DNA of 64,000 nucleotides from Hydrolagus colliei (lineage: Eukaryota), in NCBI GenBank assembly GCA_035084275.1, contig CM068771.1, positions 4,216,001 through 4,280,000 on the forward strand, given 5' to 3'. The notes below the pieces were generated by a model. That model did no database searches. It was given only the letters and a program-made list of their open reading frames with translations, and was not told the DNA's origin. Made by a program: the position numbers and the translations under genes. Of this stretch, positions 11,901 to 22,830 are shown in pieces (position 1 is the stretch's first letter; each line of letters begins with the position of its first letter).

Positions 11901-13236
11901 CCGCACACATCCTCACTTCCCCTCACCTCCACACACCCTCATGTCTCCCCCCACAACACACATAGTCACATCTCCCGCACACACCCTCAAACAACACTCC
12001 TCACACAAACCTCCACATAACCCACAAACACCCTTACAGCTCTCCCCCACACACCTGCAAATTGCTCAGCCAAACACACCCTCATATTCCCCCCACCAAA
12101 CACACTCACACCCGAACCCTACACACCCTCAGTCACAACTCCCCCACCACACACATCCTTGCATTCCTCACCCACACATATCCCCCCATACACACCCTCA
12201 TATCGCCTCCACACACGTCAAACTCCACCCACTAAACCCTCACATAACCCTCACATCCCCCTCCACAAACACACCCTCATATTCCCCCTCCACACTGACA
12301 CACCCCAGTCCACACACATTCCCCCCTCCTCCTCCCCCCCAACACACACCCTCACATCCCATCACACACTCATCCCCAACACACACATTTCCCACCCCCA
12401 CACATGCTCATAATCCCCTCCAGACTTATATCATCCCCACACACCCTCACATCCCACCCCTCACACACACCCTCACAAACTCCCACCCCTCACACACATG
12501 CACATCACCCCCTCTTCCTCTCCCCTCCACACACACCCCCACATCACCCCCCCCCCCCCCCCCCCCCCCACACCCACAGACTCTGAGCCTATGTGTTGGA
12601 TTCTGTTCCCAGGAGATGTCAGTGTTTGACACAAAGGCTTCTCTCCCGAAGCTGAAGATCATCTTATTGATAATTGTCAATGTGTCCGACATTAATGGTC
12701 TGGTTCTCACTCTAGTTACAGTCACTCTGGATCCTGACACAGCCCATCCCTGGCTCATCCTGTCTGAGGACCTGACCAGTGTGAGAGATGGAGACACATG
12801 GCAGCCGCTCCCTGACACCCCAAAGAGGTTTAGTAAAGATCCCATTGTCCTGGGGTCTGAGGGCTTCACATCAGGGAGACATTACTGGGAGGTGCAGGTG
12901 GGGAACAAGACACAGTGCATTGTGGGATTGGCCAGAGAGTCTGTCAACAGGAAACAATGGATCACATGGTCACCAGAGGGCGGGGTCTGGGGGGTGGAGC
13001 TGTGGGGCGGGGCCTATGAGGCTCTGACGTCACCCCGCACCCCCCTGCCCCTGACAGTGAGACCCGGGAAGGTCGGAGTTCACCTGGACTATGAGGGGGG
13101 ACAGGTGTCAGTTTACGACGCTGATCACATGTCTCATCTCCACACCTTCACCCAAACTTTCACTGAGAAACTCTATCCTCTCTTCTATCCCGGGTTTGAT
13201 TCTGAGCCTCTGACAATCTGCCCAGTGACTGGTTAA
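5867..13236 (+). CDS. Butyrophilin-like protein, copy A (intact, ~455 aa). Exons 5867-5924, 7083-7430, 7635-7910, 9319-9438, 10190-10207, 11051-11077, 12716-13236
   Basis: All introns GT-AG and phase 1; exon lengths sum to 1368 nt with no internal stop; SP-IgV-IgC-TM-short exons-B30.2 is the canonical BTN/BTNL architecture. An additional mini-exon cannot be excluded. Confidence 0.88.
6536..6930 (-). mobile_element. Older CR1 3' fragment (paralog 34630-35025)
   Basis: Translation [18 protein letters not shown]...[11 protein letters not shown]...FKTEIDRFL is a CR1 ORF2 C-terminus followed by the shark-type 3' tail. Confidence 0.8.
7083..7430 (+). CDS. BTN-A IgV exon
   Basis: ERFTV...VVLDC...EVRWFR...[21 protein letters not shown]...; flanked by ag| and |gtcagt; 348 bp. 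Confidence 0.92.
7635..7910 (+). CDS. BTN-A IgC exon
   Basis: GLGSQPWIH...[16 protein letters not shown]...[10 protein letters not shown]...KCLIHN; ccag| and |gttggt; 276 bp. Confidence 0.92.
7965..8272 (-). mobile_element. tRNA-derived SINE in a BTN intron (paralog ~36060-36363); many further SINE/L2 3' fragments occur throughout the window
   Basis: Same head and tail motifs as the other SINE copies. Confidence 0.6.
8385..8500 (-). mobile_element. CR1/HE1-type 3' tail fragment (paralog ~36473-36590)
   Basis: taagaattaggagcaggagtaggcc...ccattcaataagatcatggctgatc motif typical of chondrichthyan CR1/HE1 ends. Confidence 0.65.
9319..9438 (+). CDS. BTN-A transmembrane exon
   Basis: [40 protein letters not shown]; gacag| and |gtacgt. 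Confidence 0.88.
10190..10207 (+). CDS. BTN-A 18-bp juxtamembrane mini-exon (DLEKTV)
   Basis: Pyrimidine tract + cctccag| and |gtaagt; phase-1 frame preserved; conserved in B (DLEKTI). Confidence 0.7.
11051..11077 (+). CDS. BTN-A 27-bp mini-exon (GWKRICRCA) preceding B30.2
   Basis: ttggttctag| and |gtaaga; resembles the W-R/K-R-containing 27-bp exon typical of butyrophilins; identical in B. Confidence 0.78.
11740..12575. repeat. C/A-rich low-complexity intron tract before the B30.2 exon; expanded in B (39990-41235) with ~24-bp (CACACACACCCTCACATCCCCCTA)n units
   Basis: Visible low complexity; the apparent ORFs over it are P/H/T-rich artefacts. Confidence 0.85.
12716..13236 (+). CDS. BTN-A B30.2 (PRY-SPRY) terminal exon
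   Basis: [12 protein letters not shown]...[18 protein letters not shown]...[16 protein letters not shown]...KLYPLF; acceptor tctag at 12715; stop TAA 13234-13236. Confidence 0.93.
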
Positions 13237-14247
13237 TCAGGAGGAAAACGCTGAGACATTGACTAGGTTCACAGGTTGGTGGAGTGGGGCTGGGGTGGGG
13301 GGGGAGGGGGTTGAGTGGCCACTTTAAGATGAGAGTTGGCTTTGGGTCAGTATCAATGGGGGGGGGGGGGGGGCTTGTCCATCGCCTTGGCAACCAACCG
13401 CTGACAGGGTGTGAGAGCGGCAAGAGGGCCCCATGTGTTGCGGTTGCTGGGAGGACTGACTGAGGTCCTCCTCATGGCTTTCCCTCCCATCTCTCATTAA
13501 ATGGTGAGGGGGCGGGGGGAGATAGGGACTGAGCCCCCACCAGCCCTCACCACCCACCGTCTATTTGACTGTTGTAACCGCGAGGTTTGGATGGAGCCGA
13601 GTGTTTGATTCTGGGCTTTTCCCCCAGTTTTGAGCTGAGTCTGAGACAGGAATCAATTACAATGAAAACTTCATCACCAGCTGGTCTCTGGGCTTGTGCT
13701 GAGAGAATCTGAGCTTCCATCAGTGTGTGAGCTCACACGGTCTGAGACAGGGATATCGGCTGATATCTTCCTCTTCAGCAATGCCCAGTCTCACAGTCGG
13801 GGGCTGGGCTCAGAATCTCACTGAAATCTCCCAAATCACTTTAGTGTCTATAAACAAGGTGACACATTCTACTCTAGCGTCAGCCTCGTCTCACTGTGTA
13901 TAAACAATGTGTAATGTGTATTTTCAGTGACTACTTTTATAATCTGTGTAACATTTCTCATTCACTGTAACAATCACTCAAGACCTTTAACCCTCATTAA
14001 ATCAATGTCCCGTTGTCTAGTCAAGTTGATATTATTACAGAAAATATTGTCATTGATTTGCAAAATACAAGAGCAATTAACAATAAATCATGTTATGTCA
14101 TTATTTTATGCCCAATGATTATACACACTCTACACACTCTCCTCGCCCTCCCCCTCCCTCTCCCATCCCCACCACCCCCGAAACACTCAGACACTGATAC
14201 ACACACCACTGACCATCAACCCCTGATACAAGAACACAAACAAGTTA

Positions 14248-14771
14248 CAGGTAGACCCCACTTAACGTCGCCTCGGTTAACGTACTTTCGTTATTACATT
14301 GCTGATACATTGGAAACACACAAATATCCCTCCCCGACCGTGGAGGATACGTTCCTGAATCCCCCGCCCCCCCCCCCCAAGTGATTAGTAAAACCATGGT
14401 TGGCAAATACAAGGCCAACCGCGTGTCTGGTTGATGTAACTGGGTCATCGCACCAAACTCTAGTGTTAGTGTTGAAACCCATGGATGCGCAAAATTCACT
14501 GCCGCGGTTGGCAAAGGTTGTCGCAGAGAGGAAACCACGGATACGGAGTGGGCAGCGAGAGAGATCATCAGTGAGTGAGTGAGCCAGGAAGGCAGTCAGG
14601 GAGTGAGTGTAATGGGTTTGTTTTTGGAAATTTTTGACGAAAAATGTCCAAAATAACCTAAATCCAGTTTTAACATTCATTCTTATGGGAAACATGTAAT
14701 CACTTAACGTTGTTTCGCTTAAAGTCGCACTTTTCAAGAACCAAACTACGATGTTAAGCGGGGTCTACCTG
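14248..14771. mobile_element. Tigger/pogo-type MITE with TA TSD, unit A
   Basis: TA|CAGGTAGACCCCACTTAACGTCG ... CGATGTTAAGCGGGGTCTACCTG|TA. Confidence 0.9.
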
Positions 14772-16203
14772 TACATTTTCACAGCATCTTTCATGTCAGG
14801 AGGACGTCCCTAGGCGCTGACAATCAGGGATCCCCACCTGATCTGGTGTTTGGGATCAGGAGGGGTGGAGGACAGGGAGGGGAGGGTAAGAGGTTTACCA
14901 ATGGCACGGTTGAATAGGGGGGTCTTCAGATGCGGCTTGAAGGAAGCAATGGAGGGCGTGAGGTGGAGAGACTGAGGGTGCGTGCAGAGAGGTTGATAGT
15001 TCACCTGCCAATGAGAGGGCGGAGCAGTTGATCGAGTTGTTATTACTGTATCATTGTCTTCAAGCTACTTGTGCACTTCTTATGAAGCTTTGCCTGATTT
15101 TCTGCTGTTTCCCACCCTTTTCCCCAAAAATGTCAGTTCACATTACAAACCGTTTGATTTGTATTTCTAACTAACCCCAGCACTTTCCGGAAGTTTATTT
15201 GATGTTTTAAGCTTTTTTCCAGCACTTTCTAGAAGTTGATCACCAGTAGGCACCTTCACGTGAACGTTTGGCTAATTTCCATCTGCACTTCCATCTTGAA
15301 ACATCCGTTGATTTGTATAAATTTCACACATGTTCACATTGAAATAATAATAACTTCACATTAACTTACGTTCAACGTCAAGGTGTTTTGAACAATTTTA
15401 ATGAAGATTTGGCTGATTTCCAGCTGTGTCTTAAAACGTTCCCAAAATTTCAACAAATATTCAGAACAATTTGATCTGAATTTCCAGTTTATTAGAGCAC
15501 TTTCCAGGAGTTTCAGCGAATTTTCAGCTGTTTTTCCAGCACTTTCTAGAAGTTACAGTAGTCATCAGTAGTGCCCAGCCCACTTTCATGTGAACTTTTG
15601 GCTCATTTCCAGCTGCATATTTTTTAAATATGTGTTGATTTCCATCAATTTAGCACATTTCAATTCACTTTACAGTATATTCTGTGAAGCGCTTTGTTAC
15701 GTCGATAAGACATGAAAAAGCGCTGTATCAAATGCAAGGATTATTATTATTATTTTTATATTAAACTTACATTCGACTTCAAGATGTTTGTTACCCATTT
15801 ATATTACCCATTTCTGACACATAATGAATATCTGTCTGATTTCCGAAAGTGTCTTAACACTTTCTTCAAGTTTCAACAAAAGTTCCAAGCAATTTCCCTC
15901 TTTTCCCCCCTTTCTCCCTTGACCCCACTTCCGTGACTGTTTATCGGACGCTGCCGTGCGCAGTTTGGCTGCCACGTTTCGCCCACAAATATAGTCAATT
16001 CTCCTCTCCTTCATCCTACCCCAACCCCTCCCCCCCTTCTCTTGTCCCTACCTGACTGTACAGCGCCTTGGGATGTCCTCTCAATGTGAAAGGCGCCACG
16101 TAAATGTAAGTTTTGATTGATAGATTGATTGTTTGTTTGATTGATTGATTGATTGATTGATGGATCAATCAATCAATCGAATGAATGAATGAATGTCCAA
16201 TGG

Positions 16204-16227
16204 TTTCCAGAACTTTCTAGAAGCTTT
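16204..16227. promoter_or_regulatory. Perfect heat-shock element TTCcaGAActTTCtaGAA (copy B 44864-44887)
   Basis: Four contiguous inverted nGAAn units; further HSEs at ~16647-16671 and ~16688. Confidence 0.8.
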
Positions 16228-16969
16228 AACACATTTTCAGCTGTTTTTCCAGCACTTTCTAGAAGTTACAGTAGTCACCAGTAGTGCCCAGCCCACTTTC
16301 ACGTGAACTTTTGGCTCATTTCCAGCTGTACATTCTTGAAATATCTGCTGATTTCCATTAATTTAGCACATTTCAATTCACTTTACAGTACATTCTGTGA
16401 AGCGCTTTGTGACGTCGATAAGACGTGAAAAAGCACCAGATCAAATGCGAGGATTATTATTATTATTTTCATATTAAGATAATAATTACAACTTCACGCA
16501 AACTTACATTCAACTTCAAGATGTTTTTGACACATTTACACATTTACATTGCACATAATGAATCTCTGGCTGATTTCCCAAAGTGTCTTAACTCTTTCCC
16601 CAGTTTCAGCAAAAGTTCCAAGCAATTGTATCTGAACGCCCGATGGTTTCCAGAACTCTCCGGAAGCTTTCGCACACATCCAGCACTTTCCAGAAGCTAC
16701 TGGCCGCGCCTGGTAATTTCGCATGAACCTCTGGCACGTGGCCAGCTGATCGTTCTGGAAGTTTAACCCGATTCCCGTTGATCCCGGACGTCTCCGCACA
16801 ATCACAACAACAACAATAATAATAATTCCACACGAATTCGCGGTTGATTCCGGCTGTTTTTCCCGCTAATTTTCAGCAGATTGCCAGCAGTTTGGAGGCA
16901 TTGTTTTTTTACTGAAGTTTGGGGCAGATTTTCAGGTGTTTGAGCCCCTTTTCCCTGTTGACCCCCACA

Positions 16970-17103
16970 GGTCTGAGCCCCTCCCCCAGGTCTGAGCCCC
17001 TCCCCCAGGTCTGAGCCCCTCCCCCAGATCTGAGCCCCTCCCCCAGGTCTGAGCCCCTCCCCCAGGTCTGAGCCCCTCCCCCAGATCTGAGCCCCTCCCC
17101 CAG
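16970..17103. repeat. 19-bp minisatellite (GGTCTGAGCCCCTCCCCCA)~7 upstream of HSP70-A; ~9 units in B (45627-45799)
   Basis: Visible tandem units; copy number differs between copies. Confidence 0.9.
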
Positions 17104-17109
17104 GTCAGA

Positions 17110-17370
17110 TCTCCCAGAGCTGGGAATGAAGTTCCTCTGATTTCCAGCTGTTTCTGGACTGGGTTCCTTCCTGAAGTCTCCACAACGTTCCACGCGCTCC
17201 GATTGGCCGCCGACCAGGAAGCGGCCGGGGGCGTCCTCTTTGTGACATCACCTTGACGCCCTCTGATTGGCCCCCCTCCACCCCCCCCCCCCCCCCGAGG
17301 CCGCCAGGCCCCGCCCACAACCAAGAAACCAGCCTTTATATACAGGGCGAGGAGTGAAGCCAGGCTCAGA
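17110..17370 (+). promoter_or_regulatory. HSP70-A core promoter: degenerate HSE (17168-17190), two inverted CCAAT boxes (~17202, ~17266), GC box (~17310), TATA (tttatata ~17335), probable Inr ~17366
   Basis: Motif set and order typical of vertebrate hsp70 promoters; same in copy B (45790-46070). Confidence 0.75.
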
Positions 17371-17615
17371 CACTGAGACAGACTGAGAGTCAGACTGACA
17401 CTGAGACAGACTGACACTGAGACAGACTAACACTGAGACAGGCTGACACTGAGACAGACTGACACTGAGACAGACTGACACTGAGACAGACTGACACTGA
17501 GACAGACTGACACTGAGACAGACTGACACTGAGACAGACTGACACTGAGACAGACTGACACTGAGACAGACTGAGAGTCAGACTGACACTGAGACAGACT
17601 GACACTGAGAGGGGC
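17368..17615 (+). repeat. 16-bp minisatellite (CACTGAGACAGACTGA)~15 in the HSP70-A 5' UTR; copy B ~46066-46300
   Basis: Visible tandem units between the TATA box and the ATG. Confidence 0.9.
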
Positions 17616-17819
17616 TGAGAGACTGAAAGCCTGAGAAACAAGAAGGGAGAGCGAGAGAAAGAAGAGAGAGAGCGAAGGACGGAGCTACAAGAAGAAGACA
17701 TAAAGAGGAAAACACCTTCGCGGCGACTTCAGTCCAAGACTCACTGACATTGGGACAGCGATTCGGAGCCAAAGGATCTAAGTCACGTACAGACGCGCTC
17801 ACGTACAGACGGCAGGACA

Positions 17820-19673
17820 ATGGCCCCAGCGATTGGCATCGACCTGGGCACCACCTACTCGTGTGTGGGTGTGTTCCAGCACGGCAAGGTGGAGATCATC
17901 GCCAACGACCAGGGCAACCGCACCACACCCAGCTACGTGGCCTTCAACGACACCGAGAGGCTGATCGGCGAAGCCGCCAAGAATCAAGCAGCCCTCAACC
18001 CCCCCAACACCGTCTTCGATGCCAAGAGGCTGATCGGGAGGAAGTTCGATGACCCTGTGGTGCAGGCGGACATGAAGCACTGGCCTTTCCAGGTGGTGAG
18101 CCAGGGGGGCAAGCCCAAGGTGCAGGTTGAGTACAAGGGAGAGTCCAAGACGTTCAACCCCGAAGAGATCTCGTCCATGGTTCTGACCAAGATGAAGGAG
18201 ATCGCCGAGGCTTATCTGGGCTCCAGAGTCACCAACGCTGTCATCACGGTGCCCGCTTACTTCAACGACTCCCAGCGCCAGGCCACCAAAGACGCCGGGA
18301 TGATCGCGGGGCTCAACGTCCTTCGCATCATTAATGAGCCCACGGCAGCCGCCATCGCCTACGGTCTGGACAAGAAGGGCCAGGGGGAGAAGAACGTCCT
18401 GATCTTTGACCTGGGTGGAGGCACCTTCGACGTGTCCATCCTCGCCATCGACGGCGGGATCTTTGAGGTCAAATCCACAGCCGGTGACACCCACCTGGGG
18501 GGCGAGGACTTTGACAGCCGTATGGTCGACCACTTCATCCAGGAGTTCAAGAGGAAAAACAAGAGGGACATCAGCCAGAACAAGAGAGCAGTCAGGAGGC
18601 TGAGGACAGCCTGCGAGAGAGCAAAGAGGACTCTGTCTTCAAGCACCCAAGCCAGCATTGAGATCGACTCACTGTTTGAGGGAATTGACTTCTACACCTC
18701 CATCACCAGGGCACGGTTTGAGGAGCTCAATGGAGACCTGTTCAGAGGAACCCTGGAGCCAGTGGAGAAAGCGTTGACAGACGCCAAGCTGGACAAGTCT
18801 CAGATCCACGAAGTTGTCCTCGTCGGTGGCTCCACTCGCATCCCGAAGATCCAGAAGCTTCTACAGGATTTCTTCAACGGCCGAGAGCTGAACAAGAGCA
18901 TCAACCCGGATGAGGCAGTGGCCTACGGGGCAGCTGTGCAAGCCGCCATCTTGATGGGCGACAAGTCTGAGAATGTGCAGGATCTGCTCCTGCTGGACGT
19001 GACTCCTCTGTCCCTGGGTCTGGAGACAGCGGGAGGCGTCATGACCTCCCTCATCAAGAGAAACTCAACCATACCCTCCAAACAGACCCAGGTCTTCACC
19101 ACCTACTCCGACAACCAGTCCGGTGTCTTGGTGCAAGTCTACGAGGGCGAGAGAGCCATGACCAAGGACAACAACCTCCTGGGCAAGTTTGAGCTGAGTG
19201 GAATCCCCCCGGCTCCCCGCGGGGTCCCGCAGATCCAGGTTACCTTCGACATCGATGCCAACGGCATCCTTAGTGTCTCGGCCGCTGACAAGAGCACTGG
19301 TAATGAGAACAAGATCACCATCACCAACGAGAAGGGCCGGCTGAGCAAGGAGGAGATCGAGAGGATGGTGCAGGAGGCTGAGAGGTACAAGGCGGATGAT
19401 GAGACGCAGCGGGAGAGGGTGATGGCCAAGAACAAGCTGGAGTCATTCGTCTACACAGCCAAATGTGCGATGGAGGACAAGAGCATGGAGGGCAAGGTGG
19501 GAGAGGAGGACAGGCGGCAGGTGCTGGACAAGTGCAAACAGGTCATCAACTGGCTGGATGGAAACCAGACAGCGGAGAAGGAAGAGTTTGAGCACCAGCT
19601 GAAGGAGCTGGAGAGGGTGTGCAGTCCTGTCATGGCCAGGCTGAGGCAGGGAGGGGCAGAGGGCGGTCAGTGA
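17820..19673 (+). CDS. hsp70: Intronless inducible-type HSP70, copy A, truncated at R618 (617 aa, lacks C-terminal EEVD)
   Basis: [38 protein letters not shown] and [14 protein letters not shown] signatures; no introns; no GGMP repeats; TGA at 19671 replaces CGA of copy B; the downstream frame still encodes [16 protein letters not shown]. Confidence 0.95.
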   Translation: MAPAIGIDLGTTYSCVGVFQHGKVEIIANDQGNRTTPSYVAFNDTERLIGEAAKNQAALNPPNTVFDAKRLIGRKFDDPVVQADMKHWPFQVVSQGGKPKVQVEYKGESKTFNPEEISSMVLTKMKEIAEAYLGSRVTNAVITVPAYFNDSQRQATKDAGMIAGLNVLRIINEPTAAAIAYGLDKKGQGEKNVLIFDLGGGTFDVSILAIDGGIFEVKSTAGDTHLGGEDFDSRMVDHFIQEFKRKNKRDISQNKRAVRRLRTACERAKRTLSSSTQASIEIDSLFEGIDFYTSITRARFEELNGDLFRGTLEPVEKALTDAKLDKSQIHEVVLVGGSTRIPKIQKLLQDFFNGRELNKSINPDEAVAYGAAVQAAILMGDKSENVQDLLLLDVTPLSLGLETAGGVMTSLIKRNSTIPSKQTQVFTTYSDNQSGVLVQVYEGERAMTKDNNLLGKFELSGIPPAPRGVPQIQVTFDIDANGILSVSAADKSTGNENKITITNEKGRLSKEEIERMVQEAERYKADDETQRERVMAKNKLESFVYTAKCAMEDKSMEGKVGEEDRRQVLDKCKQVINWLDGNQTAEKEEFEHQLKELERVCSPVMARLRQGGAEGGQ

Positions 19674-19832
19674 TCAGGCAAGAGCTGCCCATCTACCGGC
19701 CCAACCGTGGAGGAAGTCGATTAAACGTCAGCCGATGGACTTCCTGCCCCTTTGGCTTTTCTGTACCTGCTCAGGTGTTAACCTTTCCCACCTTCAGACA
19801 CTTTGGGATATATGTATAAATGATAAACGTAT

Positions 19833-19950
19833 AGGGCTATGGGTTAAGAGTAAGGGTGTGGGACTGATTGGGTAGATCTTTCAAACAGCCAGCGCAGATA
19901 CAATGGGCCTAATGGTCTACTTATTTGCGGTAAGATTGAATGATTCTATG
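19833..19950 (+). mobile_element. Decayed CR1 3' end inside the HSP70 3' UTR (paralog ~48520-48640)
   Basis: Resembles the CR1 3' UTR and ends in tgattctatg. Confidence 0.5.
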
Positions 19951-20021
19951 TATATTTTGAACTAATGATCTGCTATGAATGTATGTCACAGCGACAGCAG
20001 CTGGACTCCGAATTTTATTTT

Positions 20022-20027
20022 ATTAAA
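20022..20027 (+). terminator. Probable HSP70-A polyadenylation signal ATTAAA followed by a GT-rich tract (copy B 48708-48713)
   Basis: ATTAAA ~300 bp after the ancestral stop, with (TG)n downstream. Confidence 0.45.
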
Positions 20028-20046
20028 CTGTTTGTACCCGATGTAC

Positions 20047-20077
<31 letters not shown>

Positions 20078-21058
20078 AGATTCATACTGGCTCAAACACT
20101 GGGGCCCTCAACTCTGAGTCAGAAGGTTGTGGGTGGAAGCCACACACTGGGCCGTGGAACCACAGTCTACCATGACACTTGAATGCAGGCGCTGGGTGGG
20201 GAGGGGGGCGTTGGGTGGGGGAGGGGGAGGGTGGAGTGTGGGGTTTGCGACATCGTCAGAACTGGCATCCTTCAAACGAAACATTAAAGTGAGCTCCCGT
20301 CAGCGCAGTGTTTCACAAACAGTTGTGGATTTCGTGAGCAAATGTTATTATTGTTAAGGGATTGTGACCCCAGTAAAGTGATCGGAAATCGCCCTAGAAC
20401 TGTGGTCCTTTTCCCTGCTGGATAAACAGAGGCTTGTGGAATGGCGGTGTTGATGGGGAAACTTCACCCTATTGTTCACAGTAAAACATTAATAATAATC
20501 CTGACGTTTGAGAAGCACCTTTCGTGTCAGGTGGACATCTCAAAGAGGTTACACCATAAACATAAGAGCTGAGAACTTCTAGGACATGGTTATACAGTAA
20601 AATTCACATCAGTATTATTGCTAACATCACACCTGGACCCGAGTAAATTTACCTTTCCCTCGTGTCTCCCGATGTAGGTAAGTTAGAGTGCGATATCAGA
20701 AACAGAATCATTTACTGAGGGTTAAATTGACCGGCTGGGTGGATACAATGGACGCCGGTTAAATCGGACACGAAAGGGCCGAGCATTTAATCTGAAATAA
20801 GCAGCTTCTGAGGCTGACCGCTATCGATGTATTAAATCTCATCCTTTGTTTTAACCCAATTACTGACAACATAGTAACGCCAATTACTACAACATATAGC
20901 GCCTCTGACGTCAGGAGGAAGTCCCGAGGCACTGTCACCAATTGCTGATGTGTAAAGCCCTGAACACAATGCTCACTGTCATTTACAAACTAAGAAGGTG
21001 ATTGATACCTTGATAAATAGTGTTCACAGAAAACGGGTAAAAAAAAAGTGACAGAAAT

Positions 21059-22578
21059 TTAAACTTTTTTATTGAAAAGTTCTCTCAAGTCGGACTGTAC
21101 GAGATCAGCGTGGCGTCGCTCTCTGATGCTCGCAACGATGTCGTTAAGTGCGTTCGAAAACTTGTTGTAGAGTCCGCTCTTTAGTAAGAAGCGTTCAGCC
21201 TCTCGCAGGCCAGTCAGAGCTGTGCTGGCTGTCACAGGCGAGGCCCCATTGTCCTCAGAGTCGCTGTCGCTGCTGTTCTCGACTAGTAGGCGCTCGGCGG
21301 CAACAGCTTCGGCCACGATATTCTCCTGACCTTGCGGATCACGGCAAGGTAGATCAGAGTCAATGTCCAGGAACTGGTCAGCGATCTGCCTCTCGCCCTC
21401 GGCCTCTGTGCTTGTCTTCTCGTCAGCCTCAGCACGGGGAGCAGCGTCACCAGACGCAAACCCTGCCTTTGCGAAGCAATTGGATATCATCGCAGGCTCC
21501 ATGCTCTCCCAGGCCCTGGCAGCCATGCCGATGGCATCCAGCAGGCTGATGTGTCTGGCCATCTTTCCCACCGAGGCCTGGGGGATGATGGTGTTGCTGT
21601 CAATGGCGTCGAGGAGGCGATTCCGTAGCTCCTCGCGGTAGGAAAGCTTCAGGTGTCGGATGATTCCTTGACCCATGGGTTGGATCATGGTGGTGTCCGG
21701 GGGAATCAGCTCCAGGCAGATGTTCTTAAGCGTTGGGACGGTCAGATGACACGGTGCGCTGTCCATGAGAAGAAGAATTTTACGCCCCAGGTTGACCAGC
21801 TCTGTGTCCCACTGCACCAGCCACTCCTTAAATATCGTTCCTGTCATCCACGCCATTTTGTTGGCCTTATAGGTGACAGGCAGAACGGCGCAGTCGACTC
21901 CCTGCATACAGCGAGGGCGCTGGCTCTTCCCGATGACCAGCAGTTTGCGCCGGTCATGTTGGCGCAGACCATCAGCGTGACACTGTCCGTCGCTCCCTTT
22001 ACACCACTCGGCTCAGTCGGGTGCAAATACGAGCCGTTGGGCACCGCGCGATAGCGCAGCCCCGTTTGCTCCGCGTTGTAGATGGCATCGGGGGCATAGG
22101 AAGAGAGCAGCACGGTGCGGGAGTTAGCGCCCTCTAGGCCAGCGCTCCTCAGCTCTCCGGGAAACAGCCTGTACACTATGTTGTTACGTGCCTTCCAGCG
22201 GCTAAACCAGCCGTCGGTCACGGTGAACCCCGGCTTCCCGAGCTCGTGCGCCAGGCTCTGCGCCTTGGCTTTGAGGATGGGCCCATTGAGCGGCTGCCCC
22301 TCGGTGGACGCCCTTTGGAACCACAGGAGGAGAGCGAGCTCCACCTGGGGATCTTTGCCTTTGCGATCCCTCTTCTTACGCAGACCCACGTCGCCCTCGG
22401 CCAAGGTGGCCGCTGTCCGGCGCAGCTTCGTCTCACTGGCGACGAGGTCACCCAGCGTCGACTTCTTGACCCCGAGCCTCCTGGCCAGTTCTCGCAGGGG
22501 AGTCCCCCGCGGCTCCAACTTGACCCTGTCTAACACTTCTATCTTCTCCAAAAGTGTCCGGGACATTTTCTTCGACAT
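21059..22578 (-). pseudogene. Tigger/pogo transposase-derived (TIGD-like) gene, copy A, frameshifted by a 10-bp deletion at ~21955
   Basis: N-terminal HTH (psq-like, CENP-B-type) and DDE_1-like halves split over ORFs 21844-22578 and 21059-21907; ccggtc-gcag-ccggtc of copy B collapsed to one ccggtc. Confidence 0.88.
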
Positions 22579-22699
22579 TATGGCTTCTTATGTGTTGAGA
22601 GGATGACACAAGTTTAACAATAGAAAATAATACTTCCGATGTCTCAAATGGCTTCACAGGTCTTTTTTTTTGGGGGGGGTGGGGTGGGGGGGCGGGAAG

Positions 22700-22830
22700 G
22701 GAGGAAATGTCTGGTTCATTTCCGTCCGCCGGGAAATGTCCGGGAAGTGTCTGGTTCCTTCCCGAAGCGGTCGATGTCCCGCCCCCTTTCCCCCCCTCCC
22801 GCTGGCTGCTGATTGGCCGCCCCCAGGGAG
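22700..22830 (-). promoter_or_regulatory. CpG-rich promoter-like region upstream of TIGD-A (also at 1-120 and 51380-51510)
   Basis: Tandem ETS-like ggaaat/ggaagt cores, GC-box-like cccgcccc and gattggc (CCAAT) within ~130-250 bp of the TIGD ATG. Confidence 0.5.

Larger units (their letters stand above)
1..22713 (+). repeat. Tandem segmental duplication unit A (spacer-BTN-HSP70-TIGD); boundary set arbitrarily at window start
   Basis: Position 1 (gttcatttccgtccgccggg) recurs at 22714 and 51394 and all downstream ORFs recur in the same order. Confidence 0.95.

Noticed and set aside
11941-12715. 431-aa ORF 11941-13236 with a long P/H/T-rich N-terminus (and 198-aa ORF 40300-40896)
   Set aside because: The N-terminal part is an intronic CA/C-rich low-complexity tract; only the B30.2 exon from 12716 is real coding sequence.
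16970-17615. Regular short direct repeats resembling a CRISPR array
   Set aside because: Units are contiguous with no unique spacers, there are no cas genes, and the context is eukaryotic; they are minisatellites.
17799-19633. Antisense and alternative-frame ORFs over HSP70 (for example 17799-18533 -, 47751-48281 -)
   Set aside because: Expected shadows of a GC3-rich HSP70 coding sequence; no independent promoter or domain evidence.
20590-20790. Possible right TIR of a Tigger element downstream of TIGD (tacagtaaaa...; ccggttaaatcggaca)
   Set aside because: No matching inverted copy upstream of the ORF, and the TA is not conserved in unit B.
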